64,000 bases of DNA, taken from contig OX597815.1 in the NCBI GenBank assembly GCA_951406725.2, positions 48,174,001-48,238,000 of the forward strand. Direction: 5' to 3'. This document shows, one piece after another, positions 14,100 through 27,065 of the stretch. The position numbers were made by a program, and so were the translations under genes. The notes beneath the pieces are model-generated. The model saw only the letters and a list, made by a program, of their open reading frames with translations. It was not told the DNA's origin and ran no database searches. The stretch's first letter is position 1, and each line of letters starts with the position of its first letter. Origin of the DNA: Octopus vulgaris. Its lineage: Eukaryota.

Positions 14100-14912
14100 T
14101 ATATATGGATCAAAACAGTTTGATTTAAATTTGTTGGCACTCTGAAAGTTTCAAGTGTGATGCTAATCTTTAGCCATTTTGAATTTGAGTGAAGGAAGTT
14201 GATTGTTATTACTGTAAGGTGGGCTGTGATTGGTCGAGGAAGGCCACATGGTGTTGTGGTTTGATGTTGGTATAACCATATATCAGTGATAACAGTTAGT
14301 TGGAAAACACCGCATGATGAACAGGAAAGTGACCACATGGTGGACAGGAAATCGACCATGTGGTGGACAGGAAATTGGTCAGGTTGTTGGAGGGGAGGTA
14401 GGAAGGTGCAGTATGCGCAAGTATATAGTTGTATATGTAGGTGTGTGGACGTACTCATTTGGTTTTGCATGCATATCTGTACTGATGCGAGCATGTGCAA
14501 CTGTACATGGGTATGTGTATATATGTGTGCATCCATGTGCATGTCTGCTCGTATATGTGTGTGTGTGTGCATGCTTGCATCAAGAGACATGCATGCAAAA
14601 CCCTGAGTGTATTCACAAACCCACATATACAACTATATACTTGCGCATGCTGCGCCTTCCTACCCCGTCTCCAACAACCTGACTGATTTTCTGACCACCC
14701 TGTGGTGTTTTCCAACTAACTATCATCACTGATATACGGTTATACCAACATCAAACCATACACCATGTGCCCATCCTCAACTAATCGCAGCCAATTTTAC
14801 AGTAATAACAATCAACTTCTTTCATTCAAATTCAAAATGACTAAAGATTAGCATCATGGTTGAAATTCTTGGAGTACCAACAAATTTGTATCAAACTGTA
14901 TTGATCCATATA
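14100..14912. repeat. Large imperfect inverted repeat (fold-back), arms about 14100-14495 and 14570-14912
   Basis: For example atatatggatcaa...gatgctaatctttag...ttgattgttattactgtaa is mirrored by ttacagtaataacaatcaa...ctaaagattagcatc...ttgatccatatat. Confidence 0.9.
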
Positions 14913-15202
14913 TGTAACTCCCAATAAACGTGTTGAGTGCCCTTCTTATATTTATCCACTCACTTGTGTATACACACACACACACACATATTTATATATA
15001 TATATATATATATAAACATACAAATACACATACACACACACACACACATACACAAGTTAATTAGAGGATATATTAACCTCTTAAAGTGATGATTACACCC
15101 AAGAAAACACTGGTTTTATACCTTATATCTTTGGGAAATAAAATTTACCTGAATCAATATGTATATATTAAGTATATAATCCATTAAGTATATAATCCAT
15201 AT

Positions 15203-15588
15203 TGTGGAGGCGCAATGGCCTAGTGGTTAGGGCAGCGGACTCGCGGTCATAGGATCGCGGTTTCGATTCCCAGACCGGGCGTTGTGAGTGTTTATTGAGC
15301 GAAAACACCTAAAGCTCCACGTGGCTCCGGCGGGGGATGGTGGTGATTCCTGCTGTACTCTTTCACCACAACCTTCTCTCACTCTTACTTCCTGTTTCTG
15401 TTGTACCTGTATTTCAAAGGGCCGGCCTTGTCACTCTTTGTGTCACGCTGAATATCCCCGAGAACTACGTTAAGGGTACACGTGTCTGTGGAGTGCTCAG
15501 CCACTTACACGTTAATTTCACGAGCAGGCTGTTCCGTTGATTTGGATCAACCGGAACCCTCGTCGTCGTAACCGACGGAGTGCTTCCA
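15203..15588 (+). mobile_element. Young full-length tRNA-derived SINE
   Basis: A box TGGCCTAGTGG, B box GTTTCGATTCC, intact CpGs and 9-bp TSD aatccatat (15194-15202 / 15589-15597). Confidence 0.9.
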
Positions 15589-15600
15589 AATCCATATCAA

Positions 15601-16160
15601 ATTAAGAAAAGAAAATGAAGAGTTAATGGTTAATAATTATTTACTAATAAATTGATAATCATTTCTTCTTACAGCTGTTTCTATTTACACTCATTGAATA
15701 AATTACAAATTTGTGCATTAATTTGCATTTATAAGTTATGAGCAAAGCAATGTCTAACTTTTCCCTCATGATATTTTGCTCATAACTTATGAATGTAAAT
15801 TTAATGGACAATTTGTAATTCATTCAATGAATATAAATGGAAACAGCTGTAGGAAGAAATGATTATCATCATCATCATCATCATTTAGCGTCCGCTTTCC
15901 ATGCTAGCATGGGTTGGACGGTTCAACTGGGGTCTGTGAAGCTGGGAGGCTTCATCAGGCCCAGTCAGATCTGGCAGTGTTTCTACGGCTGAATGCCCTT
16001 CCTAACGCCAACCACTCCGTGAGTGTAGTGGGTGCTTTTTACGTGCCACCTGCATAGGTGCCAGACAGAGCTGGCAAACGGCCACGAACGGATGGTGCTT
16101 TTACGTATCACCGGCATGTAAATAATTATTAACCATTAACTCTTCATTTTCTTCTCTTAA
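15601..16160. repeat. Palindromic element interrupted by an RTE-tail retroposon (15866-16117, minus)
   Basis: Arms gaaaatgaagagttaatggttaataattatttac / gtaaataattattaaccattaactcttcattttc, and inner arms gataatcatttcttc...ataagttatgagcaaa / tttgctcataacttat...gaagaaatgattatc. Confidence 0.85.
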
Positions 16161-16757
16161 TATGTGTATGTATGTATGTATATATGTATGTATGTATATA
16201 TATATATACACACACATACATATGACTGATTTTGTTTCAGAAAATTTGCTATTTCTTATTTAACATTTCTACTGTCACAGCAGTAGGATGGGGGAGGGAG
16301 GGCAACAAATTCCATGGTTCCTTCATTGACCTCTTCATCACCATTAGACAAAAAAAAGCAAAAGAAAACTTTTAACATAAAACACATACAAATGTATAAC
16401 AAAACAAAAGGCATACACATTGATGTATAGTTATTTTTGTCATGTGTACATGCATCCTTGACTGTGTACACACACACGAGAGGGAGAGAGAACAGGGTGC
16501 AAGAGAGAGAGAGAGGGAGAGAGAGAACAGGGAGTAAGTGAGAGAGTAGGAGGGGTGGTGAAAATAAGTGGTGGGGAGAGAAGAGCAACAGGGAGGGAGA
16601 GAGAGAGGGGGAACGGTAGGAGACAGAGAGAAAGTTTATAATAAACAAGCTTTTCAGTATATGACACATAAGAAAAGAAATAAACATTTATTGGCAGGAG
16701 GTAAGCTACAACATAAACATTAGAGCATAGTGTTAGTTATGAGTGTGTGTATGTGTT

Positions 16758-16797
<40 letters not shown>

Positions 16798-17149
16798 GAT
16801 ATATAGTGTATATGTATGGTGTGTGTGTATGTGTACAAGTCTATGAATGAGTGTGAGCTTGCGCATGAGCCTATGTTTATTTCTCCAGTAGAAGATGAGT
16901 TAAAGAGAAAGCAGTCTAGAAACAGTTGAGATTTTTAAATAAAATGTCATAGTACAAAACAAACAAGATACCTTACTGCTTAAACACATTAGATATCATA
17001 ATCATTATCATCAACAGTGGTGGGTGGGTGTACTGTAGCGTATATACCTGCATCCATACAATCCAAAAATACGTCCACATAATGGCATATACACATACAT
17101 GTCCTCTATATATATATATGTATGGGGGTATTCTTTATATATATATATA

Positions 17150-17358
17150 CTCTCTTTTACTTGTTTCAGTCATTTGATTGCGGCCATGCTGGAGCACTGC
17201 CTTTAGTCAAGCAAATCGACCCCAGGACTTATTCTTTGTAAGCCTAGTACTTATTCTATCGGGCTCTTTTGCCGAACCGCTAAGTTACGGGGATGTAAAC
17301 ACACCAGCATCGGTTGTCAAGCGATGTTGTGGGGACTAACACAGACACACAAACATAT

Positions 17359-17389
<31 letters not shown>

Positions 17390-17545
17390 CATATATACAA
17401 CAGGCTTCTTTCAGTTTCTGTCTACCAAATCCACTCACATGGCTTTGGTCAGCCTGAGGCTATAGTAGAAGACACTTGCCCAAGGTGCCATGCAGTGGGA
17501 ATGAACACTGAACCATGTGGTTGGTAAGCAAGCTACTTACCTCAG
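17150..17545 (-). mobile_element. tRNA-derived SINE with CORE-like (ccttgggcaagt) domain
   Basis: Reverse complement shows atggcaccttgggcaagtgtc...gagtggatttggtagacagaaactgaaagaagcc. The family recurs at about 21988-22335(+), 30000-30392(-), 40295-40780(+), 53585-53970(-), 54950-55355(+) and 63178-63810(+). Confidence 0.8.
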
Positions 17546-17839
17546 AGCCACTTCTACCATCATCAACATCATCATTATTTAAAAGTCCACTTTTGCATGT
17601 TTGTATGGATCAGATTGAATTTGTTGAGGCAGATTTTTGTATAGCAAAATGTCCTTCCAATCCTCAACCCTCACCTGTTTCCAAACAGGGTAGTATTTCC
17701 TCTTGGCCAGACATGTTTTTCATTTCACTTCTAAGACGGTGACATTCACTTACAACCTTCACATGATGTCAACACAACAGTGCACACAAACAAACAGACA
17801 CACACACACACAACACATAGATTCTTACATGCACGTAAG

Positions 17840-17879
<40 letters not shown>

Positions 17880-18083
17880 GTTCAAATTTACAGAAAACAA
17901 AAGATGAAGACAGGTGAAGGAAAAAACAAACAAGTGTATTAGTTTTTAATGCTTGGGAAGAATGGAAAAGTTTTTGACAGTTCATGCCTATGCTCTTTGA
18001 CAGAAAGAAATGAGAGGAAAAAATGGAGAGAGAAAAAACGTGTAGAGGTTAATGGTTCAAGATGAAGTGTGTGTGTGTATACA

Positions 18084-18663
18084 CAGGCATGCAGGAAGTA
18101 AATAGACACCTTTAATTTTCAAAATTTCTGATCTAAGCATCTTGATATGTTTTCAGCAGTGTAGAATTTACAATGTAATTATTCTTTTTCATTCCAGTTT
18201 CCATTATATTAAACATTTGCGAAGAGTAACCGTGCCACGCACAAATAATTCAGCAGAACTGTCAGATTTTTAAAGAGGTTGTATTGTTGGGCAATCTAAG
18301 GCTGGTCTTAGCCAGCGAAAAATTGCTAAAAATCTTCAAATTCCTCATGCTACTGTTAATAGAATTATAGTGCAATTCAAAAGCCTAGGAAAAGAATCAA
18401 CAGTTTCTCGTCCCGGCCGACCTGGACCCTTGGAAAGGAAGTTTCAATGTTTGAAGAGAATTGTGGAAAATGAAGGCTTGACATTGCAAAACAGCTAGAA
18501 GTTAGTCCAAGAACATGTGTTACATATCTGCATAAGCTTGGGTATTATGGACGAGCAGCTCTACTTCAACCAATTAATATCAAATAAACCTCTCCTTCAA
18601 CCAATTAATATCAAATAAAAGATTTTGAAAATTAAAGGTGTCAATTTACTTCCTGCATGTCTG
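18084..18663 (+). mobile_element. Internally deleted Tc1-like element
   Basis: TIRs of about 40 bp: caggcatgcaggaagtaaatagacacctttaattttcaaaat / attttgaaaattaaaggtgtcaatttacttcctgcatgtctg. Paired-type HTH remnant [32 protein letters not shown]...SRPGRP. Confidence 0.85.
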
Positions 18664-18683
18664 TGTGTGTATATATATATATA

Positions 18684-19307
18684 CTAGCAGTATCGCCCGG
18701 CGTTGCTCGGGTTTGTAAGGGAAATAACTATATAAGCATTTTTAGAGAGTTATAGCCAAAAAATGCATTAAAAATGGAAAGAATATGATGGTAAATTTTT
18801 TTTAAATCGTTGACTCATCGTAGACATTTTTAGAGAGTTACTTCCCTTATATAATAGCGAAAAAATGCATTAAAATGGAAAAAAACGATGGTAAATTTTT
18901 TTTAAATCGTAGACTCATGTAGACGCTTTCTTAGCCATTTCTGTTTTGGTGTCTTCAAGCCATGAAGTCGTTGTTCTAAAAGAACACTGGTCTCCTTGAC
19001 AACGCATTACGACGTTGATTTCCTTACACTCCCTTCCCCACAGGTGCAGGTGTGAGCGTGGACGCTAACTCCGCCGCCATCGACACACGAAAAATTATGC
19101 ATTAAAATGGAATAAAAAATGATGGTAAATTATTTTTAAAATCGTCGACTCATCGTAGACGCGCGCTAATATTCAGACGGGCTCGATATGAATCACGACT
19201 ATAAGCTACCCGAATTTGGTTAAACTGTACCGCAAAATGTGGGAGTAGTTAGGAATCTAAATCGAAGGGGACAGACACTCACACAACTACAGTTTTATAT
19301 ATATAGA
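18684..19307 (-). mobile_element. Non-autonomous Helitron with internal repeats
   Basis: Minus strand: a|TCTATATATATAAAA...cccgagcaacgccggg hairpin...CTAG|t. Three copies of atgcattaaaatggaa...gatggtaaatt...gactcat. Confidence 0.85.
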
Positions 19308-19329
19308 TATACATAGCGCAGTAGTGGTG

Positions 19330-19690
19330 AGATATGACAGCAAAGAAAAGCATACATTCACTCTCTGCATGCAATTAGACTCGGAAAGTTCGTGAGGAAC
19401 CCATTGACCCAATTTGCTGACTTTTCCGATAGCACACAGGTGTCAATGAATGGTTGAATGACCAAATCCAAGCTTCTCTGCTAGTTCCTCAACAGTTACG
19501 ATGATATTTTGTTCCACCAGGGTTTTCAGGATGTCCTTGTCGAGTTCTACAGATCTTTCAGGATGAGGCTCGTCTTCTAGGCTGTAGTTTATGGCTCGGG
19601 ATTTCTGGAACCACCATTGACACTGCCTTACGCTTATTGTCCAATCCCCATATACTGCATAAATATTTCTTGTACTTTGCACACATTTAT
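19330..19690 (-). mobile_element. Mariner transposase N-terminal fragment
   Basis: STRNIYAVYGDWTISVRQCQWWFQK...SLEDEPHPERSVELD...TVEELAEKLGFGHSTIH, a Mos1-type HTH. Confidence 0.85.
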
Positions 19691-19965
19691 ATTCTGTTAT
19701 TCTTTTATATGTTTCAGCCTTGAGGTTGTGGCCATGCTGGATCATGTGTGTGTGTGTCTATCTGTCTGTCTGTCTGTATGTATATATGTATATGTATGTG
19801 TGTGAACAATAATATTTTCAACAGATGTGTTGCAAATGTATCTGATTGTTCTCAAGCTTCAATACTGTGTGTGTGTGTATGTGTGTGTGTGTATGTATGT
19901 ATGTATATGTATGTATGTATGTATATGTATGTATGTATGTGTGTATGTATGTGTGTGTGTATGTA

Positions 19966-20002
<37 letters not shown>

Positions 20003-20456
20003 ATGTATGTATGTATGTATGTATGTATGTATGTATGTATGAGTGTATGTTTACTTTATTACTAATTACTCTCTTCCAAGAACATTTTCACTCACTCTTA
20101 GCTCTTAGCTTCCCATACATTTTACTCATGTATCTATCATCGTCATAGACAGAATACTTTCACTTTAGTCTTCCTCAAATCACTGTCTATTTACTTTCAT
20201 TTTATTCGTTGCCCACTGTGTGTGTGCGTTTGCGTGTGGTGTAAACCAGACTAAGAAAAGCATTTGACACACACACCAGAATGTGAGTTTTCTGTAAATT
20301 TTGCTTAATTGGAGTTTAAATTTAAAAAACTGGACCTGGCATGACGCGATGCATTGTACTCTCAAAAATGCTAGGTAAATTGTAATTGAAGAAATCCTAT
20401 ATTGTAGATTTGTATAACTCCCAAAGGGAGGCAGATAAAATCTGCCTTTTATAATA

Positions 20457-20493
<37 letters not shown>

Positions 20494-20700
20494 GTTCAGT
20501 CGCAGGACTTGTTAGAATCAATATGTATTGGTTTATGTTTTTCACTATTTGATTTGCCTAATAGTGGTTTTATCTCTAATTTAATATAATATATATATAT
20601 ATATTTATACTATAAAATTGGATTTAATCCAAAATCTAATTTTTCCCTGTAAGTTTGGATTTACTCCCTAATATTATTACTATTATTATTATTATTATTA

Positions 20701-21952
20701 TAGTTTCCGTTACCTAGGTGACCAAGTCAGAAGCGGGGGCGGGTGTGCTGAAAGTATAACTGCTAGAGTAAGAATAGCTTGGGCAAAGTTCAGAGAGCTC
20801 TTACCTCTGCTGGTGACAAAAGGCCTCTCGCACAGAGTGAAAGGCAGACTGTATGATGCGTGTGTACGAACAGCCATGCTACATGGCAGTGAAACATGGG
20901 CCGTGACTGCTGAGGATATGCGTAAGCTCGCAAGAAATGAAGCCAGTATGCTCCGATGGATGTGTAATGTCAGTGTTCATAATCGACAGAGTGTAAGTAC
21001 CTTGAGAGAAAAGCTGGACCTAAGAAGCATCAGTTGTGGTGTGCAAGAGAGACGATTGCGCTGGTATGGTCATGTGGCGAGAATGGATGAAGATAGTTGT
21101 GTGAAAAAGTGCCACACCCTAGCGGAACCTGTGGAAGAGGCAGACCCAGGAAAACCTGGGACGAGGTGGTGAAGCACGACCTTCGAACTTTAGGTCTCAC
21201 TGAGGAAATGACTAGAGACCGAGTCCTCTGGAAGTGTGCTGTGCGCGAGAAGACCCGGCAGGACAAGTGAGTCCATAACCCATGGCCTTCTACTTGGGAT
21301 GGAGCCAGCCTACGTATGCATACCTTCCCTTCTTGGGACACAAAACTCTACTTGTGAAGACCTGTTGAGGCAAGTGAGGATCAGAATCGAAATCGATCAA
21401 TGGAAATTGCAGATGTGTTACCAGTGCCGGTGGCATGTCGATACTCTACTTGTGAAGACCCGTTGAGGCAAGTGAGGATCAGAATGGAAATCGATCAATG
21501 GAAATTGCAGATGTGTTACCAGTGCCGGTGGCATGTCGAAACTCTACTTGTGAAGACCCGTTGAGGCAAGTGAGGATCAGAATGGAAATCGATCAATGGA
21601 AATTGCAGATGTGTTACCAGTGCCGGTGGCATGTAAGAGAACCTTCCGTTTCGCGACCGTTGCCAGCACCGCCCCGTTTCGTGTCCGTTGCCAGCCTCGC
21701 CTGGCCCTTGTGCCGGTGGCACATAAAAAGCACCATCCGTTCGTGGACGTTTGCCAGCTCTGTCTGGCACCTGTGCGGGTGGCACGTAAAAAGCATCCAC
21801 TACACTCACGGAGTGGTTGGCGTTAGGAAGGGCAACCAGCCGTAGAAACACTGCCAGATTTGACTGGGCCTGATGAAGCCTTCTGGCTTCACAGACCCCA
21901 GTAGAACCGTCCAACCCATGCTAGCATGGAAAACGGACGCTAAATGACGATG
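20701..21952 (+). mobile_element. 5'-truncated RTE-clade LINE
   Basis: FRYLG...RVRIAWAKFREL...KGRLYDACVRTAMLHGSETW...RRLRWYGHVARM, followed by a 3' UTR and a gat-type tail. Confidence 0.92.
21343..21634 (+). repeat. Three tandem 98-bp units in the RTE 3' UTR
   Basis: The unit actctacttgtgaagacc...ccagtgccggtggcatgt starts near 21343, 21441 and 21539. Confidence 0.9.
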
Positions 21953-22118
21953 AAATATATATGTAAGTATGTATGTATGTATGTTACAGGTGCAAGCATG
22001 GCTATATGGTTAAGCAGTTTGCTTTGAACTACATGGTTTCGGGTTCAGTCCCACTGCATGGCACCTTTGAAAAATGTCTTGTGAGTGAACCTGATTGATG
22101 GAAACTGTATGGAAGCAT

Positions 22119-22157
<39 letters not shown>

Positions 22158-23699
22158 CACTGTGTTTATCTCCTCATCACTTGACGAAAAGTGTTGGTTT
22201 GTTCACTTCCTTCTACCTTAGCACATCAGAAAAAGCAACCAATAAAATAAGTACTGGGGTGAATTTGTTTGGCAAGGCCCTTCAGAGCAGTGCCCCAGCA
22301 TGGTTGCAGTCCAATGACTGAATGAAGCAAAAGAATATAACTATGTGTGTGATCATCATCATCATCATCATCAATATTTTATGTCCACTTTCCACGCTGG
22401 CATGGGTTAGAAGATTTGCCACTGTTTGGCTCGGCACATATTTGAGGGTGCTGCTAGTCTAGACAGGTTGGAAGACTACATCACGCTTGGGTGTTTTGCT
22501 TTTGGTTTCGTTTCTATGGCTGGATGCCCTTTCTAATGCTAACAACTTTACAGAATGAGCTAGATCCTATGGTAAACATGTATTGTCTGCATGTCTGTGA
22601 ATGCATGCATGATCCTATTAATAAGTAAACATACACTTGTGGAGCCTCTCTCTTTGTTCCATACATATAGATATATACATGAATGAGGAATACAGAGTGG
22701 AAGTATTTTCTTTTCCTACAAGTTAAATGTTAAATATTTTAAGATTTTCCCTTTCTTAGTTTTCTGCTCTTTTTTTTTTTTTTTTTTACTCGCTTCATAT
22801 ATCTAATGTCTATATTTCAAACTTAAACTCAATGCAAGTGTAAAACTGTGTCTGACATTCAACAAGATGTATGTGTGGGTGTGTGTGTGTGTGTGTGTAT
22901 GATGCATGGATGTAAGACGCATGACTAAATGCTGCATGTTAATCAAATACATACATGTGTATGTGTGTTTATAATATATGTATGTCAATAAACATATACA
23001 CAGAGAAACGTTTTATATGGTGTTCAGTATACATAGGTGTGCTTTTTTCAATCACACACACAGACATTCACACACACACACACACACATGCATATATACA
23101 CATGAGATACATGATGAATAAACAACACATACTCTAAATCATTCACCATATACACAAGCATATACACAGACAAATTTATCTTATAAATACTCTTATACAT
23201 GCAAAACTACATTCATCCACATACAAACATACATATGCATACAAGTACACACACACATACACATTTACATACAGCCATAGATACTCTCATGCATGCACAT
23301 ACACACAGACACTGATATACACATGCATGTGTATGTATATGAAAATACACATATACATACACATATTCACGTACATACACACAAACATAAACATGTATAC
23401 AGAAACAGACAGACAGACAGACATTCCTGAAATCTGTCCCGGAAAAAAATATATAAACAGATCCGAAGAATGTCAAATTAGTGCCACTAAAATTGGTTGA
23501 GCGCAGGAGAAATAACTCATTCACAGAATAATCCTTATGTTGTTGTTATTGTAGTTGTTGTTGCTGTTGTTGTTGTTGTCATCGTTGACATTGTTGTTTT
23601 GTTCATAACAGTCCATTAATAGTTTTATATCTCTTAATATAAGAAAGAATTTATTTTCTTCCAGCTAGGTAGATATTGAGACAGAGAGAGACACACACA

Positions 23700-23947
23700 C
23701 GTATATATATATATATATGTATATATATGTATATACATATGTAAATGTGTATATATATATATGTGCATATGTAAATATATATATATATACATATGTAAAT
23801 GTGTATATATATATATATACATATGTAAATGTGTATATATATATATATACATATGTAAATGTGTATATATATATATATATACATATGTAAATGTGTATAT
23901 ATATATATATATATATACATATGTAAATATATATATATATACATATG

Positions 23948-23991
<44 letters not shown>

Positions 23992-24080
23992 CATACACAT
24001 ATGTAAATATATATAGATATATACACACACACACACATATATATATATACACACATATAAATATATATGTGTGTGTATAT
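23700..24080. repeat. Compound minisatellite (TA)n-CATATGTAAATGTG
   Basis: Repeated units of about 30 bp are visible directly. Confidence 0.9.
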
Positions 24081-24616
24081 ATGTAAACACAGACACGTAT
24101 ACATATACTACATATACACACATATGTATACATATATTAATATATGTATATATCTGTGTGCATGTGGATGTATGTATATTATATATATATATGTATGCAC
24201 ATATATACACAAAATCATACATACATATGTGTGTGTGTGAAAAAAGCAAAGAGAAAAAGAGCAGAAGAGAGTATGTTGTATGAGTGTGTGGGTGGATGTA
24301 GTGTGGTGTCACTCTCTCCTGCCCCCCACTAACCTACCCCTACCATATTCATTCCCAGTGAAATCCAATGAAGCAGCCAAAAACATTGTTTTAGTATGTG
24401 TATCTGTATTTTAATGTATGATGTCATGTCTGTATGTTTGCTAATGTGTATGCATGTGTGATGCAAGAGAGAGTTTGCTGGTAGTAATGTGTATGATGCA
24501 CGTGTGTGCGTATGTGTGTCTATGTATGTGTGCGTTATGGTTCCATTTATTTTCCAGAAATAAAACAAAATGAGATTAGAAAATAATGAGGGAAATAGAT
24601 ATGGTCACCAGTGTGC

Positions 24617-24675
<59 letters not shown>

Positions 24676-26358
24676 TGCATATATATATATGTGTGTATAT
24701 ATATATGTATATGTGTGTGTAAGTACATATGGATACATAAATGTACATTTAGACACAAACATACATAAAATTTAATCCCCTAATTCCTTTTTTGATGGCA
24801 TATATAAGGGTGAGAGTGTGTGTGTTTGTGTTAGCATGTATTTGTTTTATGTATATATATATATATATGTGTGTGTCTGTATGTGTGTGAGAGAGAGAGA
24901 GAGAGGGGAAGACAAAATATACACATACATAAGCACATACATACACACATACTAATTCAGGCACATATAGGTACTCACATCACATAAAAAAATTTTTTTA
25001 ATTTTTTGTGTGAACAGACTTAACACTGAACCTACAGGCCTTTCCCTAACTTTCCCTAACACACACACACACACACACACACACAATTCCAAGAACAACA
25101 ACACTTGAACACACATTGTCCATGCAGTATTTCAAATCAATTTACTTCACCAAGTTCGCTTCATTTATCAATCACAGTGTTAAGCAGTAGACTGAACAGC
25201 ACAACGCATTCCCTGTCACCATGTCAAATATAGATGACTGCAATACTTTCACACTCTACAGGAGATCCTAGGGTAGTTGTTGAGCTGATTTTTCTCTCTC
25301 TCTCTCACACATATACACATACACAAATATACATATATACATACATGTGAATATAGAGATGCATGTATTTGTATGAATATAATTTTTGTGTTGCTGTTTT
25401 GTGTTATTAGAGGTATGAGTGGAGGTGACGGTAGCATATGAGGTGTTGTGTTGTATAGAGTGTACAGGTGGTGATGTACATATAAATACACACACACACA
25501 CACGTATATGAAAGAATAGTGTGTGTATATATATTTGTGAGTCTATATCTGTCTATCCATTTTTCTCTCTCTCTATATATATATATATACTTAGACACAT
25601 GCACAGTTATATGCCTATACACATACAAACACACATACATATACAGCTGTATACCTACACACATAGATACAAATACATGCATACACATATATATATATGT
25701 ATGTATTTGTTTGTGGTTATATATATGTATTATATATTTACACACATAGTTACATGCATATATACATATATACACACACACACACATATCTACTTGTATG
25801 AATATACATAAATATATTTCCATATATGCATATAAAATTGTGTATATGGGTGGGTCTATCGGAAGATCTACCTATCACTATGTAAGCACTTACACAAACA
25901 ATTTTCCTTCAACTTTCAAATCATTCCACTTGAAATCTGGACCATTTTTTTTCTCCCTGTCTTATTCATTCATTTATATATTTATATAATACCTTTTTTT
26001 TCTTTTAAGACTGCAATAAATATTTATGTAGGTATGAAATTGTTGTTCACCTCTCTTAATAAAAAATAAAGAAAAGAAAAAGAAAAACTACTTGTCTTAG
26101 GCTCTCAAAATTATAAATGACCAGACAGTGAAATAACCTAAAAGACAAAAAAAAAAGGAAGTGAAAGGGAATGTCTTACTTCAATTCTATGTTTCTTTAA
26201 ACATCATTTATGCTGTTTTAATGCACACACACACACATACACACACACAGGGCAAACATATACACATCAAAAGGACTATGTGTATTTAACAAGTGTACAT
26301 ACACTTTCATTCATGCACAGGTATATATCCCTACACACACATTCACTATATATACATC

Positions 26359-26361
<3 letters not shown>

Positions 26362-26408
<47 letters not shown>

Positions 26409-26576
26409 TATATACATAAATATATATATATATATACATAAATATATATATATATATATACATAAATATATATATATACATAAATATATATATATATATA
26501 TATACATAAATATATATATATATACATAAATATATATATATATATATACATAAATATATATATATATATACATAAA

Positions 26577-26628
<52 letters not shown>
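26362..26628. repeat. Compound microsatellite (TA)n-CATAAA
   Basis: Visible directly. Confidence 0.9.
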
Positions 26629-26630
<2 letters not shown>

Positions 26631-27024
26631 GGAAAAGAAAAGTTGAAGGCTACTCATATATATATATGTGTGTGTGCGTGTGTGTATACATACATGCATA
26701 TATATATATATATATATATATATCATGACCAGTAGCCTTTGACTTTTTTTCCATTCAAGGGTTTTTTTAAAATTCAATATTCTATATTACGCTATTATTT
26801 ATAGTTTCATCTACTTTGAGTTTCACTGCAAAAGAAAAATTTTGAAATATATATGTCCAACACATGCCTGCATGGAAAATGAACATTAAATGATTACATA
26901 TATATATATAAGGGAGAATAGCTTATACTTATGAGTATAGATATGCACACATTCACATAAAGCAAAAACAGTACATGCTGACACATACATGTACAAGCTA
27001 AATTATACCGTGAACCCAAGCCCT

Positions 27025-27065
<41 letters not shown>

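Noticed and set aside
14024-14715. Overlapping ORFs up to 202 aa with mirrored peptides
   Set aside because: A consequence of the inverted repeat and simple repeats.
15203-15280. tRNA-like sequence
   Set aside because: It is the head of a SINE: it continues into the SINE body and is bounded by a TSD.
21343-21634. CRISPR-like regular repeats
   Set aside because: The units are contiguous with no unique spacers and lie in a eukaryotic LINE UTR.
25041-25060. ttccctaactttccctaac, telomere-like
   Set aside because: Only two imperfect units; not a (TTAGGG)n array.
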